Positions 40,681 to 50,512 of a stretch of DNA of 64,000 nucleotides are shown piece after piece. The first letter of the stretch is position 1. Each line of letters starts with the position of its first letter. The stretch is from assembly GCA_963669175.1 (NCBI GenBank), contig OY769902.1, positions 1,952,001-2,016,000 on the forward strand. The letters are read 5' to 3'. The stretch is from a bacterium. Lineage in GTDB: Bacteria; Electryoneota; Electryoneia; Electryoneales; Electryoneaceae. A program made the translations under genes and the position numbers. The notes beneath the pieces are model-generated. The model was not told the origin of the DNA and searched no databases. It saw only the letters and a program-made list of their open reading frames with translations.

Positions 40681-41240
40681 AAAGGCTAGTTTACTTGCTC
40701 GTACTGGCATTGGTGTTTGGCCTGTCCCTGTTCTGGTACTACAGGTTTGAATACCCGAAGATGCCCATGGAGATTCGTGCGCTGAACAAGAAGATAGAGA
40801 AGCAGAACGAGAAGTTGATCAGCGCTCAGATTCTGGCCCAGGAACTGGATCTGGTAGCAAAGCTCATCGAGCAGAACCTTGCCGCCAGCGCCAACGATTC
40901 GTTGGCACAAGATGCTTCGCTTCCGTTTCTGGAGTATATCACGGATGTCCTGAATCAGGAAGGAATCCGTCTGGAACGGCTTGAGCCGTTGAAACGACGC
41001 GTAACACGACACGATTTCGTGAAGACTTCATATGAGATGACGATCACGTGCAACTTTGACGAATTCGGCAAGTTCATCAACGAGTTGGAGAAGTCTGAGC
41101 GATTGGTTACTGTGGAAGCCTTCGAGGTGAAGAACCAGTTGGAGAAGGCTGCGGCAGAAAAGGGCAAAGGCAAAGAGCGGTTTGATACGCATTTGTTTGA
41201 AATGCGGATCAGTACATTAACCCTCATCAAGCACACGTAG
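40677..41240 (+). CDS. pilO: PilO-like protein
   Basis: TM, coiled coil, FDEFGKFINELEKSERLVTV; operon position. Confidence 0.82.
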   Translation: MKRLVYLLVLALVFGLSLFWYYRFEYPKMPMEIRALNKKIEKQNEKLISAQILAQELDLVAKLIEQNLAASANDSLAQDASLPFLEYITDVLNQEGIRLERLEPLKRRVTRHDFVKTSYEMTITCNFDEFGKFINELEKSERLVTVEAFEVKNQLEKAAAEKGKGKERFDTHLFEMRISTLTLIKHT

Positions 41241-41250
41241 TGAGGCAGCT

Positions 41251-41823
41251 GTGAAACGACGGATTGAGGTTTTTTCCAGCTTATTGATCCTTGCGATTGC
41301 GATCGTTGCCGGAGTCGGGTTCTTCCAGTACTGGCGTAAAGGTCAGGAGCTAGATCGGATACGGGAACACGACCGGCGGATGGTGATCGGCTCGGACGAG
41401 TCACTGGCCAACGCGGTGCAGGTGCTGGAACAGACGCTTAAAGAGCGTTTGGAGTACCAGTTTGAGCTAGGCGATCTGGATCCTCTGGATCTTACCCGAG
41501 TGGTAAAGAACCAGGAATTGTTGGATCGTTTAGGCTTGGGCGAACTGGAACCTGACAAGACAGAGATGCGTTTGGCTGCAACTGTCATCGGTCAGGACGG
41601 CATTGCTGCAATCGTGATTCGATTCATGGGGTCGAACCACGTCTTGCGAGTCGGTGACAAGTTGTCCGGTTGGACAGTAAGCGAGATTGGAGAGCGAAGC
41701 GCTGTATTGACACGTGGAGGTGCAAGACGTGTTCTCCATAATGCGCCGGCCAATGAGTATGATAGTAAAGGCCTGAACCTTTCCGTGCCGCGCCCTGCGG
41801 TGGCGTCCGGAAACAACGAGTAA
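41251..41823 (+). CDS. PilP/GspC-like protein (TM-anchored, no lipobox)
   Basis: Between pilO and pilQ; LAATVIG..AAIVI..HVLRVGDKLSGWTVSEIGERSAVL HR-like beta domain. Confidence 0.65.
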   Translation: MKRRIEVFSSLLILAIAIVAGVGFFQYWRKGQELDRIREHDRRMVIGSDESLANAVQVLEQTLKERLEYQFELGDLDPLDLTRVVKNQELLDRLGLGELEPDKTEMRLAATVIGQDGIAAIVIRFMGSNHVLRVGDKLSGWTVSEIGERSAVLTRGGARRVLHNAPANEYDSKGLNLSVPRPAVASGNNE

Positions 41824-41878
41824 GCGACCAGATTTGAAAGTAACGGAACATTTCACCATTAGATCCAGGGAGAGGTCC

Positions 41879-43360
41879 ATGCTGCGAACCGGCATCCCCG
41901 TGCTATTGTTGACTGCGCTGTTTCTGCTGGGAAGCGCGGCCATAGCGGAACAAGCAACCCAGACGGACATGGTCACTTCAGAACATGATCCGAACCTACA
42001 GAAGACAGTTACGATTGACGCGGACGACGCTAGCCTGCCAACAGTCCTGGCCATTCTGGCACAGGAAAGTGGTTATAACATTGTAACCGGGCCTGGCGTC
42101 AACAAAGAGGAAAAGGTTTCTGTACATCTTTCGAACACCCCCATTGAAGAAGCGATGAACCTGGTGGTTCGCGCCGCGGGGCTTTCGTACGAAATCGTTG
42201 GGAATTCTTTTCTCGTTGCCACATCTTCCAAACTGAAGGAAGAAGTCGGCAAAAAGTCACATGTGATTCAGCTTGCTTATGGTAATGCGGCAGAAGTTGC
42301 CGAATTACTGAAGGTCTTTGAAGCTGATGTAACCATCGACCCGACGACAAACAGTCTGCTTATCATCGCCAGTCCGAAGACGATCAGTGAAATTCGCTCT
42401 GTGGTTGAACAGGCTGACCTGCCGCCGATCCAGGTAATGATCGAAGCCCGGATTATCGAAGTCGCCGTAGAGGAAGAAGAAAAGCTTGGTATCGAATGGA
42501 ACAAGCTGACTCCTTTCGAAATGGTGATGTATGAAGGCCGTGAAGTGCCGACGACAGCATCCGGTGGTATCGAGCAGATGCGGACCAAGATGCCGGTAGT
42601 CGCAATCGATGACCTGAACGACTTCGGTTACTTCGGTCGCCAAGAGGCAGTATTTGATCTGGCGATTGATTACCTGTTGAAGAACAACTTGGCGGAAGTG
42701 CTTGCAAACAGCAAGGTTGCTACCTTGAACAGCAAGCCGGCGGTTGTTGAAGTCGTTGACGAAATTCCATTTATCCTGTCTGCCGGTGGTGTTGGTGGCC
42801 AGGTAACCACGCGTGAAAAATCTGTCGGCATCAAGCTGTCGATTAAACCGCTGGTTAACTCGGATGGCATGATCACCGTTGAGGTGCTTCCTGAAGTATC
42901 CAACGTATTCCAGCTGATCGGCCCGGATCAGAACATTCCGTGGGTTGTCAGGCGGAGTGCGCAGACCACCATCCGTGTAAAAGATGGCGAAACTATCGTT
43001 ATTGCGGGTCTGATTTCCATGAACCGCAAGAACACCATATACAAGGTTCCGTTCCTTGGTGATATTCCCTTTATCGGCGGCATGTTCCGTCACAAGAATA
43101 TCAGCAACAAGAAAACGGACCTGATCATCCAGGTCACCCCACACGTCGTACGTGGCTCCAATACCGGAATCTCGAAGAGCAAGATGGTCGAGCGTATTGA
43201 AGAGGATGTCGACAAAGATCTGTATGAACAGTTCATCGAAGAAGATGAAGAGAAGGAAAACGACAAGAAGGCAGCTCGTCAGCAGGCCATCGAAGAGGAT
43301 GAGTTTGAAGACGATGCCGACATGGACGCCCTTCGCGAATCTTTGACACCGATCGAGTAA
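41879..43360 (+). CDS. pilQ: secretin PilQ/GspD (STN, N and secretin domains; no AMIN)
   Basis: QVMIEARIIEV, VGIKLSIKP, VKDGETIVIAGLI, KVPFLGDIPFIGGMFR, LIIQVTPH. Confidence 0.92.
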   Translation: MLRTGIPVLLLTALFLLGSAAIAEQATQTDMVTSEHDPNLQKTVTIDADDASLPTVLAILAQESGYNIVTGPGVNKEEKVSVHLSNTPIEEAMNLVVRAAGLSYEIVGNSFLVATSSKLKEEVGKKSHVIQLAYGNAAEVAELLKVFEADVTIDPTTNSLLIIASPKTISEIRSVVEQADLPPIQVMIEARIIEVAVEEEEKLGIEWNKLTPFEMVMYEGREVPTTASGGIEQMRTKMPVVAIDDLNDFGYFGRQEAVFDLAIDYLLKNNLAEVLANSKVATLNSKPAVVEVVDEIPFILSAGGVGGQVTTREKSVGIKLSIKPLVNSDGMITVEVLPEVSNVFQLIGPDQNIPWVVRRSAQTTIRVKDGETIVIAGLISMNRKNTIYKVPFLGDIPFIGGMFRHKNISNKKTDLIIQVTPHVVRGSNTGISKSKMVERIEEDVDKDLYEQFIEEDEEKENDKKAARQQAIEEDEFEDDADMDALRESLTPIE

Positions 43361-43375
43361 GGTACTTTGACAATC

Positions 43376-45088
43376 ATGACCCGTCTCGGGCTTGTACTTG
43401 GAATACTGCTGGCGCTTGGCGCTGCGACTATCACTGCCGGTCAGGGAGATGCCTCACTATTGACAACGGGGGGTGCGGCATCAAAGTTGACCATTGCAGA
43501 CCGGTTTAAGCGTCAATCCATGCAGGCTTTTCCTGAAGAACAGGCGCTCGAGCAATCTGTTGATCCGGAGACTTATGTTTTAGGTTCCGGTGATCTCCTG
43601 GGAGTGTCCTTCCGGGGCGGGTTAGACGAGTTTTTTGAAGTTCGGGTTTCGCCCGACGGCAATTTGCTGATCCCCTTGATGCCGATGTTGCGCGTGGGTG
43701 GAATGACCCTGCGCGACGCGGCCGATTTGGCGCAGGATCGGTGGTCGGGCGATAACCGTTCACTTGTAGTTGATTTGACGCTCCTTGAAATTCGAACGTT
43801 TCGTGCCATGGTTTCCGGTGCGGTAGTTGATCCCGGGACGTTTGTTGTTACCCCGGCAGATCGCGCATCCATGCTGCCCTATCTCGCTAAAGGGCTGCTG
43901 AATGATGTGTACTGGCGTGATTACTACCAACTGGAAATGAACCGACAAGAATTTTCCGGTTCGTTTGAAGATCTTATGGATCGTGAAAACGCACCTTATT
44001 CCAGCGAACGATATGCCTGGCTGGAAAGGGCGGATGGCAGCAGGGTACATGTTGATCTGTTACGGATCATGCGTACCGGTAGCCGAGAATGCGATCCCTA
44101 CCTGAAAGATGGCGACAGGCTTGTTGTGCAATACCGAAACGAGCTTGCCCCGACTGTCCAGGTAGCCGGCGCCGTTGGGTATCCTGACACCTATGAGTGG
44201 GTGGAAGGTGATCAACTGTCGGATATGATTGCACTTGCAGGTGGCTTTCTGGCACAGTCCCAGAAAAACGCAGTCCGAGTCACAAGGTTTGACGAAGAGG
44301 GCGTAGCTACTGTGCATGAAGTGGATCTTTCACAAACTTCTCACGGTTTTGAAATCTTGCCGGGAGATCTTGTGCAGGTCAGGACGATTGACAACCGGAC
44401 AAATCGCTTATCGGTTAGCATTGTTGGAGAAGTAGTGTTTCCTGGCGCCTACGAAATTACTTTCGGCCAGACCAGTGTTCAGGAGTTAATCGAACTGTCT
44501 GGTGGGTACACAGAACACGCTTTTCCAGAAGCAGTGGAAGTCCTTCGGAAGAAAAACATCAACGGCGCTCTGGACGTTGAAAACCAGCGTATTGTCAATC
44601 TTGGTGCACAGGGTTGGACAATAGTAGAGCGTGCTTTGGTCCAGTTTCTCGACCGTTGGCCAGACGGCTATGAACGTGTAACAGTCGGCGTTCCACCCGA
44701 GGGAAAAAATGAAGTTGATCAGATGACCGGCTTTGCCCTGCAGGATGGTGATGTTGTGCATGTTCCAAGTTACCAGCATTCTGTATTGTTGCTGGGGCAA
44801 CTGGAGCGACCGGGCTGGTATCCGTTTGTAGAAGGCTGGAATTACCACGATTACGTGAAGGCGGCAGGTGGATTTGCCGATGACGCCTGGAAGAATGGCA
44901 GGCGACTGGTGAATTTTAACGGTTCTGTCTGGGTTAGGCCTGATGGCGGCACCGTTATTCGCCCCGGTGATACGATTTTTATACCGGACAAGCCTTTTCG
45001 TTATGTCTGGAATTCGTTCAAGGATATCCTTCTTGTGCTGACCCAGGCGGCGACTGTGGTCGTTGTGATTCTGAATGTGACTCAATAG
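43376..45088 (+). CDS. multi-SLBB-domain protein, polysaccharide export (OPX/Wza/KpsD-like)
   Basis: VDPETYVLGSGD..VSPDGNLLIP poly_export motif; repeated GAV..PG / AGG / L.DGD SLBB units; C-terminal amphipathic helix. Start 43367 (TTG) or 43376. Confidence 0.85.
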   Translation: MTRLGLVLGILLALGAATITAGQGDASLLTTGGAASKLTIADRFKRQSMQAFPEEQALEQSVDPETYVLGSGDLLGVSFRGGLDEFFEVRVSPDGNLLIPLMPMLRVGGMTLRDAADLAQDRWSGDNRSLVVDLTLLEIRTFRAMVSGAVVDPGTFVVTPADRASMLPYLAKGLLNDVYWRDYYQLEMNRQEFSGSFEDLMDRENAPYSSERYAWLERADGSRVHVDLLRIMRTGSRECDPYLKDGDRLVVQYRNELAPTVQVAGAVGYPDTYEWVEGDQLSDMIALAGGFLAQSQKNAVRVTRFDEEGVATVHEVDLSQTSHGFEILPGDLVQVRTIDNRTNRLSVSIVGEVVFPGAYEITFGQTSVQELIELSGGYTEHAFPEAVEVLRKKNINGALDVENQRIVNLGAQGWTIVERALVQFLDRWPDGYERVTVGVPPEGKNEVDQMTGFALQDGDVVHVPSYQHSVLLLGQLERPGWYPFVEGWNYHDYVKAAGGFADDAWKNGRRLVNFNGSVWVRPDGGTVIRPGDTIFIPDKPFRYVWNSFKDILLVLTQAATVVVVILNVTQ

Positions 45089-45279
45089 CGAGTCTTGCAC
45101 GAAACGTTTTTAGAAGAGCATCCCCCGATCAATCCATCCGGTTGAACGGGACAACATAGCAAACAAATGAAAACCGCAGGTTGGGAATGGCCACCCGACA
45201 AAGCGGTCAAGGGTTTTGAAGCATCCCCGTTGCAGTCGATTGGTAAGAGAGATCTTACCGCAACAGGAGGAACCAGGTC

Positions 45280-48200
45280 ATGCAGAGACGGTTCTATTGG
45301 TTAGGTGTCGTCCTCTTGATGGCGTTGCTTGCTTTTGCTTCGTGCGAAAGCAATCCAAGCGGCGGCGAAGAGAGCTCTGGCGGCACAACAAACGACCGTT
45401 CAGTCTATGACATCGAGCTGAGTTTCACCAATGTCCGAGGTGAGACGATTGAGAACCTGACGAACTATCTTGGCCGCAAGGACACAGTAGTTGTATCAGG
45501 AACAGCGAAAGATGATCAGGGCAACGGTGTCAACAATGTGAACCTCGACTTCACCATTGTTGAAGGCCCCGGTGTATTGAAGGCCATCAGTGAGAGTGAT
45601 ACGGTAACCAATTCGCAGGGCGACCTTTCCATTTATTACATCGTTACCCTGACGAATCAGCAGCCGACAGATGTCACAATCATGGCGTATGTCGAAGATG
45701 CGGGCAGAGACGTATCCGACAACTTCACCATCTCGACCAAGGACATCGAACTGACTATCGATGCGTATCCGGATTCACAGCGCGTTCCGGAAGGCGACTC
45801 TGCATCTGCGGAATTGCTGGTTCGCGTACGTGACGCGCAGGGTGTCGGCGTCAGCGGGATTCCAGTACGTGTCGAGCGTTTGTCCGGTAATCAGCAGTCG
45901 ATTCTGACTCCGATCTACCAGACAGACTCAACGGGCGCTGCTACTTCAACTCTTACCCTTGATCCGATCCAGCAGAACGAAGCGTTCAACATTCGCGCCT
46001 ATGTGAATGTGGTGGTGACCAAGGATCTTCCCAGCAAGCGTTTCGAGGGCTTGAGTACTCGCGCGTCGCGCTGGGCTGAACTGGACAAGGCTGGCGGTTC
46101 TGTAAGCCTTAGCGGTGTTGGCGGCGGCGGCAAGAACACGTTTGCAAGTGTCCTCGCAGACACAGCATCTGTGAAGATGTTCCCGATTACCGTGAACATC
46201 GACTCCGTCTATCTCTGGGCGGCTCCGGAAGAACTGCTGGTCAATCAGAACGAGAATGACAGCATTATGGTTTATGCTGCTGTCTTCGATGAAGATGGTA
46301 ACGGCATTGAAAACCTTACTGTCAACTTCTCGATTCGTGATTCGGCTGGCACCGGCGAACCGACCGGTAACATCGTAGCCCGTACCCCGACGAATACCAA
46401 CGGTATTGCATCTGCTACCATCTATACCTTCCAGCAGACAGGTACATGGTATGTTGATGCCTCCGTCGGTGGCGAGATTTACACAGTGAAGATCGTGGTC
46501 AAGGGTCGTGGCGGTATTACTGGCGACCTGCGTCTCAGCAGTGATACTGATTATATCTATGCTGATGATGGCGTGAGCCGTGCCACTATCATGGCTGTTC
46601 TGACCGACCTTGAAGGCGTAGGTATTCAGAATGGTGAAGTCCGGTTCTCCTGTAATTCGGAGTTTGCCCGGATCAGCCCATCACGCATTGATACCGACTC
46701 TTCCGGTACTGCGACGGTATTCCTGATCGACCGTGGTCTGGCGACAGAATCGCTGTGGATCTATGCGACCTACGATTCTCTGAATCTTGAAGATTCACTC
46801 GAGTTCGAGATTCGCGAAGCGCCGGCTATCGGTTCCATTACACTTCAGATTCGTGAAACTGATGTGTTCCAGGTTTCAACGATTGATAGTATTGAGTTCC
46901 GTGCACAGGTTTTGAACACGAATGGTACTCCCTTCATCGAAGGCACCACAGTCTGGTTCGAAACCGATAACGCCACCCGCGCAACCTGGTACACCAACTC
47001 TGACAGTTTGGATATCAATGGTTACGCAACTGCATTCCTGAAGCCGGGTATCAAATCCGGAGCTGAACGCCTTCGTGCAAACATTCTGACCAGCGACAAT
47101 GTGCGCGAATATTCCGAATGGGTTGAAGTTACGATTGAGCCTTTGGGCCCGTCGCGCTTTACCCAGAAGGACATCAGCAACCCTGATGGTCAGGAAATCA
47201 GGACACTGCAGCCAGAACCGGCAGTTGTTTACGCGGTTGTTGTCGATACGTTTGACAACCCGGTAGATAATGGCTGGGGCATCATTCTTGAGACCTACAA
47301 TTCTGCTGGCGAACAGGTTGGTACAGTCAGCCCGCAGGTAAATACCGAAACCATCCTTGACACCAACGGTGTGGAAACCAAGGGTGTTATCCAGGGTGAG
47401 TTCTCGCCTGGCACATCCGCCGGCCGCGCATGGCTGAAGTTCTCCTTCGGTCTGTCAGTCCAGGATTCCATGAGCTTCGAAATCCGTTCGACTTCGCCTC
47501 AAGCCTTGGCGCTTGAAGCCAACACCACGGAATTGGCTGCTGCTGAAACGGGTGGCAACAATACGGCGAATGTTACGGCGACCGTATACGATGCGAACGG
47601 CAACATCGTGGAAGATGGAACCATCGTGTTCTTCCTGATGGACAACTTCCCCGGCATCAATGAACCAGCCGTTGAGCGTCCATTGATCAACCGTTCCAAC
47701 GGTTATGAAGCGGGCAACCTTTACGGTCTCCCGTTCGACTCGGCCATGACTTCCAGTGGTCAGGCTCGTATTTCGGTGAGTTCCGGTCAGGGGCTTGGTG
47801 TTCTTCGTCTGCGCGCATGGACCTATGTCGATTACATAGCCCGTGACGACTCGGTGCGGTCCACCTTCAACGATATCCGTGTCGTTGCCGGTCCGCCAGC
47901 CGCGATCAGCCTGGACATCAACTCTGAAGGTATTGATGGTGGTGGTTCCATGTGGAATGTCGAAGTTTCCGCCATGATCACTGACATCCTGAACAACCCG
48001 GTGAAGAACGGCATTGCTGTTCAGTTCATCACATCGGCTTCAAACCCGGATAGCACAACACCGGCTGGTATTGGTGATGATGGTATCTTCACGGGGAACG
48101 AAGACGAGGATGGGCTTTCAACACCTGGTGTTGCCAATACCATCATGAGTTACCATAGCGCCCAGACCAACCGGTTGGTTGACATTACGGTACAGGTCAT

Positions 48201-48675
48201 GCCTGAATCCGGCCAGATTCTGGAAGCGACCTTCACAGACATCGTTCTGCCGATCCAGATGGCGGCAGGTGGTCTTGATGCAGACCCGGCCAACTACTAC
48301 TTCGAAGAAGTAGACCCGGATCTCTATTCACGGCATGAAATGTACGCCTACGTGTACGACGGTCACTATCACTGGATTAACAACCAGGAAGTGCTGTATT
48401 CGACCACACGTGGCTACTATTCAGCTACATCAACACCAAACGCCATGACTCGGGAAAACCGTGCGATTACCGGTCCAGTCGATAATCGTCCGCCATTTAC
48501 GGACAGTGATGATAATGGGTACGCCATGCGTTACCTGATCATCCCGTTCCCGGAAGCATTCCCGGATCCACGTATTCTTGAAACGACTGCAACGGCTGAA
48601 GTAACTATTGTTGGTTATCCTGAGACTTCTGTTGAGCCGGTCACCATTACGCTGACGCACGCACCGGAGGAATAG
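45280..48675 (+). CDS. large lipoprotein with tandem invasin/intimin-type Ig (Big_1) domains
   Basis: Lipobox AFASC; repeated A.V.D..G..V.G..V.F and TD..G.A units (e.g. ADDGVSRATIMAVLTDLEGVGIQNGEVRF; VTATVYDANGNIVEDGTIVFF). Confidence 0.82.
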   Translation: MQRRFYWLGVVLLMALLAFASCESNPSGGEESSGGTTNDRSVYDIELSFTNVRGETIENLTNYLGRKDTVVVSGTAKDDQGNGVNNVNLDFTIVEGPGVLKAISESDTVTNSQGDLSIYYIVTLTNQQPTDVTIMAYVEDAGRDVSDNFTISTKDIELTIDAYPDSQRVPEGDSASAELLVRVRDAQGVGVSGIPVRVERLSGNQQSILTPIYQTDSTGAATSTLTLDPIQQNEAFNIRAYVNVVVTKDLPSKRFEGLSTRASRWAELDKAGGSVSLSGVGGGGKNTFASVLADTASVKMFPITVNIDSVYLWAAPEELLVNQNENDSIMVYAAVFDEDGNGIENLTVNFSIRDSAGTGEPTGNIVARTPTNTNGIASATIYTFQQTGTWYVDASVGGEIYTVKIVVKGRGGITGDLRLSSDTDYIYADDGVSRATIMAVLTDLEGVGIQNGEVRFSCNSEFARISPSRIDTDSSGTATVFLIDRGLATESLWIYATYDSLNLEDSLEFEIREAPAIGSITLQIRETDVFQVSTIDSIEFRAQVLNTNGTPFIEGTTVWFETDNATRATWYTNSDSLDINGYATAFLKPGIKSGAERLRANILTSDNVREYSEWVEVTIEPLGPSRFTQKDISNPDGQEIRTLQPEPAVVYAVVVDTFDNPVDNGWGIILETYNSAGEQVGTVSPQVNTETILDTNGVETKGVIQGEFSPGTSAGRAWLKFSFGLSVQDSMSFEIRSTSPQALALEANTTELAAAETGGNNTANVTATVYDANGNIVEDGTIVFFLMDNFPGINEPAVERPLINRSNGYEAGNLYGLPFDSAMTSSGQARISVSSGQGLGVLRLRAWTYVDYIARDDSVRSTFNDIRVVAGPPAAISLDINSEGIDGGGSMWNVEVSAMITDILNNPVKNGIAVQFITSASNPDSTTPAGIGDDGIFTGNEDEDGLSTPGVANTIMSYHSAQTNRLVDITVQVMPESGQILEATFTDIVLPIQMAAGGLDADPANYYFEEVDPDLYSRHEMYAYVYDGHYHWINNQEVLYSTTRGYYSATSTPNAMTRENRAITGPVDNRPPFTDSDDNGYAMRYLIIPFPEAFPDPRILETTATAEVTIVGYPETSVEPVTITLTHAPEE

Positions 48676-48696
48676 ATTTCTAACGGTGACATTTTT

Positions 48697-48724
48697 CCCT
48701 CCCGGTGGTTTCCACCGGGAGGGA
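48697..48724 (+). terminator. stem-loop after the Ig lipoprotein gene
   Basis: CCCTCCCGGTGG-TTT-CCACCGGGAGGG. Confidence 0.55.
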
Positions 48725-48763
48725 CGGTTTTATCTCAGTTAGATTGAAGAAAGGTTTTCTGGC

Positions 48764-50497
48764 ATGACGGATTTGGGTGCTTTCCCAAAATTGGGCGAGA
48801 TACTCATCGAAGAAGGAATTATCGATGAGAAGCAACTGGAAGAGGGGCTGCACGAAGCCGGTGAAAAGGGTATCATGATTGGTGAGGCCCTGGTCGCTTT
48901 GGGGCACGCCATCCAGGAAAAAGTCTATTACGGTTTAGCGCTTCAATTGGATTACCGGTTCTTCACCAACGAAGAGCTGCTGGAATCCAAGGAAGATGTT
49001 GTCCGTTTTATTCCGGAAGAGTTTGCTAAAGAGCATAATCTCTTGGCTGTACGTCGGGAAGATGGCGTCATCACTGTCGCGATGGCAGACCCGGAAGACA
49101 TCGTAGCGCAGGACAACTTGCAGAATTTGGCGGATCAGATGGAAACCCCGCCAATGTTGCAGCTTGCCATGGCTTCACCTGAAGGTATTCAGGGCGCCAT
49201 CAATAGACTGTACGTAAGAATCCGGAAGCAGAAGGAAACCAAAGAAGTTATTGGCGACTTGCAATTCTTCGCTGAAGCCGATGAAGGTGAAGAAGGCATG
49301 GTCGATATGACCAAGGTTGCCGAAAAGGAAGACGCGCCGATCATCAAATTGGTAAACATGATTATCGGTGAAGGTTTGAAAGAACGCGCAACAGATATTC
49401 ATATTGAACCTGCTGAAGATAAGGTTCGTGTGCGGTATCGTGTTGACGGTGTCTTGATTGAGGTGATGAATCCGCCGAAGAATGCACACAGCGGTATCGT
49501 TACCCGTATCAAGATTATCTCCAAGTTGAACATCGCTGAAAAGCGGTTGCCGCAAGACGGTCGTTTTACCATTAAGACGACTGAAAAGGAAGTGGACGTT
49601 CGTGTCAGTCTTCTGCCTACGGTAAACGGTGAAAAAGTCGTAATGCGTTTGCTGGACAAGGGCGCTTTCGGATTCTCCCTGTCCACGCTGGGGTTCGAAG
49701 AGCATCAGCACAAGATTTTCAAGCGCAACATCATCAAGCCGTATGGGATGATTATTATTTCCGGTCCTACCGGTTCCGGGAAATCGACCACGTTGTACGC
49801 ATCGCTTCGCGAAGTCATGAGCACCCGCGACAACATCACCACAGTTGAAGACCCGGTTGAGTATTACCTCGATGGCATCAACCAGGTGCAAGTGAAACCG
49901 CGTATCGGGTTGACATTTGCGTCGACTCTACGATCCATTCTTCGTCAGGACCCTGACCGCTTGCTGATTGGTGAAATTCGAGATGAAGAAACGGCAGATA
50001 TCGCAGTCAAGTTCTCGCTGACCGGTCACCTTGTGTTCAGTACCGTTCACGCGAACGACGCGCCTTCAACTGTTACTCGTTTGATTGACATTGGTATTCC
50101 GCCGTTCCTGGTTGGTTCATCACTTCTGTTGGTTATGGCGCAGCGTCTTGTACGTACCGTGTGCCCGAACTGCAAAGAGAAGTATGAGCCGAAGGATCTG
50201 GAATTTGAATACCTGGATCTTGATCCGAAAGATCCGGAGTTTGAAGGAATTGAGTGGTATCGTGGCAGAGGATGTATCAACTGCCGTGACACTGGCTATT
50301 ATGGCCGATCCGGTATCTTTGAAATTCTACAGGTAACCTCAGAGATCCGTAGACTTATCTACGACAACGCCAGTCAGGACGAAATCCGCGAAGTAGCGGA
50401 ATTGCAGGGTATGGAAACCCTGCGCGCCCACGGGATAAGCAAAGCGAAGCGCGGGATAACGACCTTGGAAGAAATTCTGCGCGTGACCACCGAGTAA
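48764..50497 (+). CDS. pilB: type IV pilus extension ATPase PilB/GspE
   Basis: ATDIHIEP, LPQDGRF, GPTGSGKSTT, LRQDPD, GEIRD, CPNC..CINC; MshEN-like N terminus. Confidence 0.95.
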   Translation: MTDLGAFPKLGEILIEEGIIDEKQLEEGLHEAGEKGIMIGEALVALGHAIQEKVYYGLALQLDYRFFTNEELLESKEDVVRFIPEEFAKEHNLLAVRREDGVITVAMADPEDIVAQDNLQNLADQMETPPMLQLAMASPEGIQGAINRLYVRIRKQKETKEVIGDLQFFAEADEGEEGMVDMTKVAEKEDAPIIKLVNMIIGEGLKERATDIHIEPAEDKVRVRYRVDGVLIEVMNPPKNAHSGIVTRIKIISKLNIAEKRLPQDGRFTIKTTEKEVDVRVSLLPTVNGEKVVMRLLDKGAFGFSLSTLGFEEHQHKIFKRNIIKPYGMIIISGPTGSGKSTTLYASLREVMSTRDNITTVEDPVEYYLDGINQVQVKPRIGLTFASTLRSILRQDPDRLLIGEIRDEETADIAVKFSLTGHLVFSTVHANDAPSTVTRLIDIGIPPFLVGSSLLLVMAQRLVRTVCPNCKEKYEPKDLEFEYLDLDPKDPEFEGIEWYRGRGCINCRDTGYYGRSGIFEILQVTSEIRRLIYDNASQDEIREVAELQGMETLRAHGISKAKRGITTLEEILRVTTE

Positions 50498-50512
50498 ACG
50501 GGAACAGCTCGT

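Noticed and set aside
48764-48960. c-di-GMP-binding MshEN motif in PilB
   Set aside because: The RLG...Q consensus is degenerate (KLGEIL...LHEA; MIGEAL), so binding cannot be claimed.
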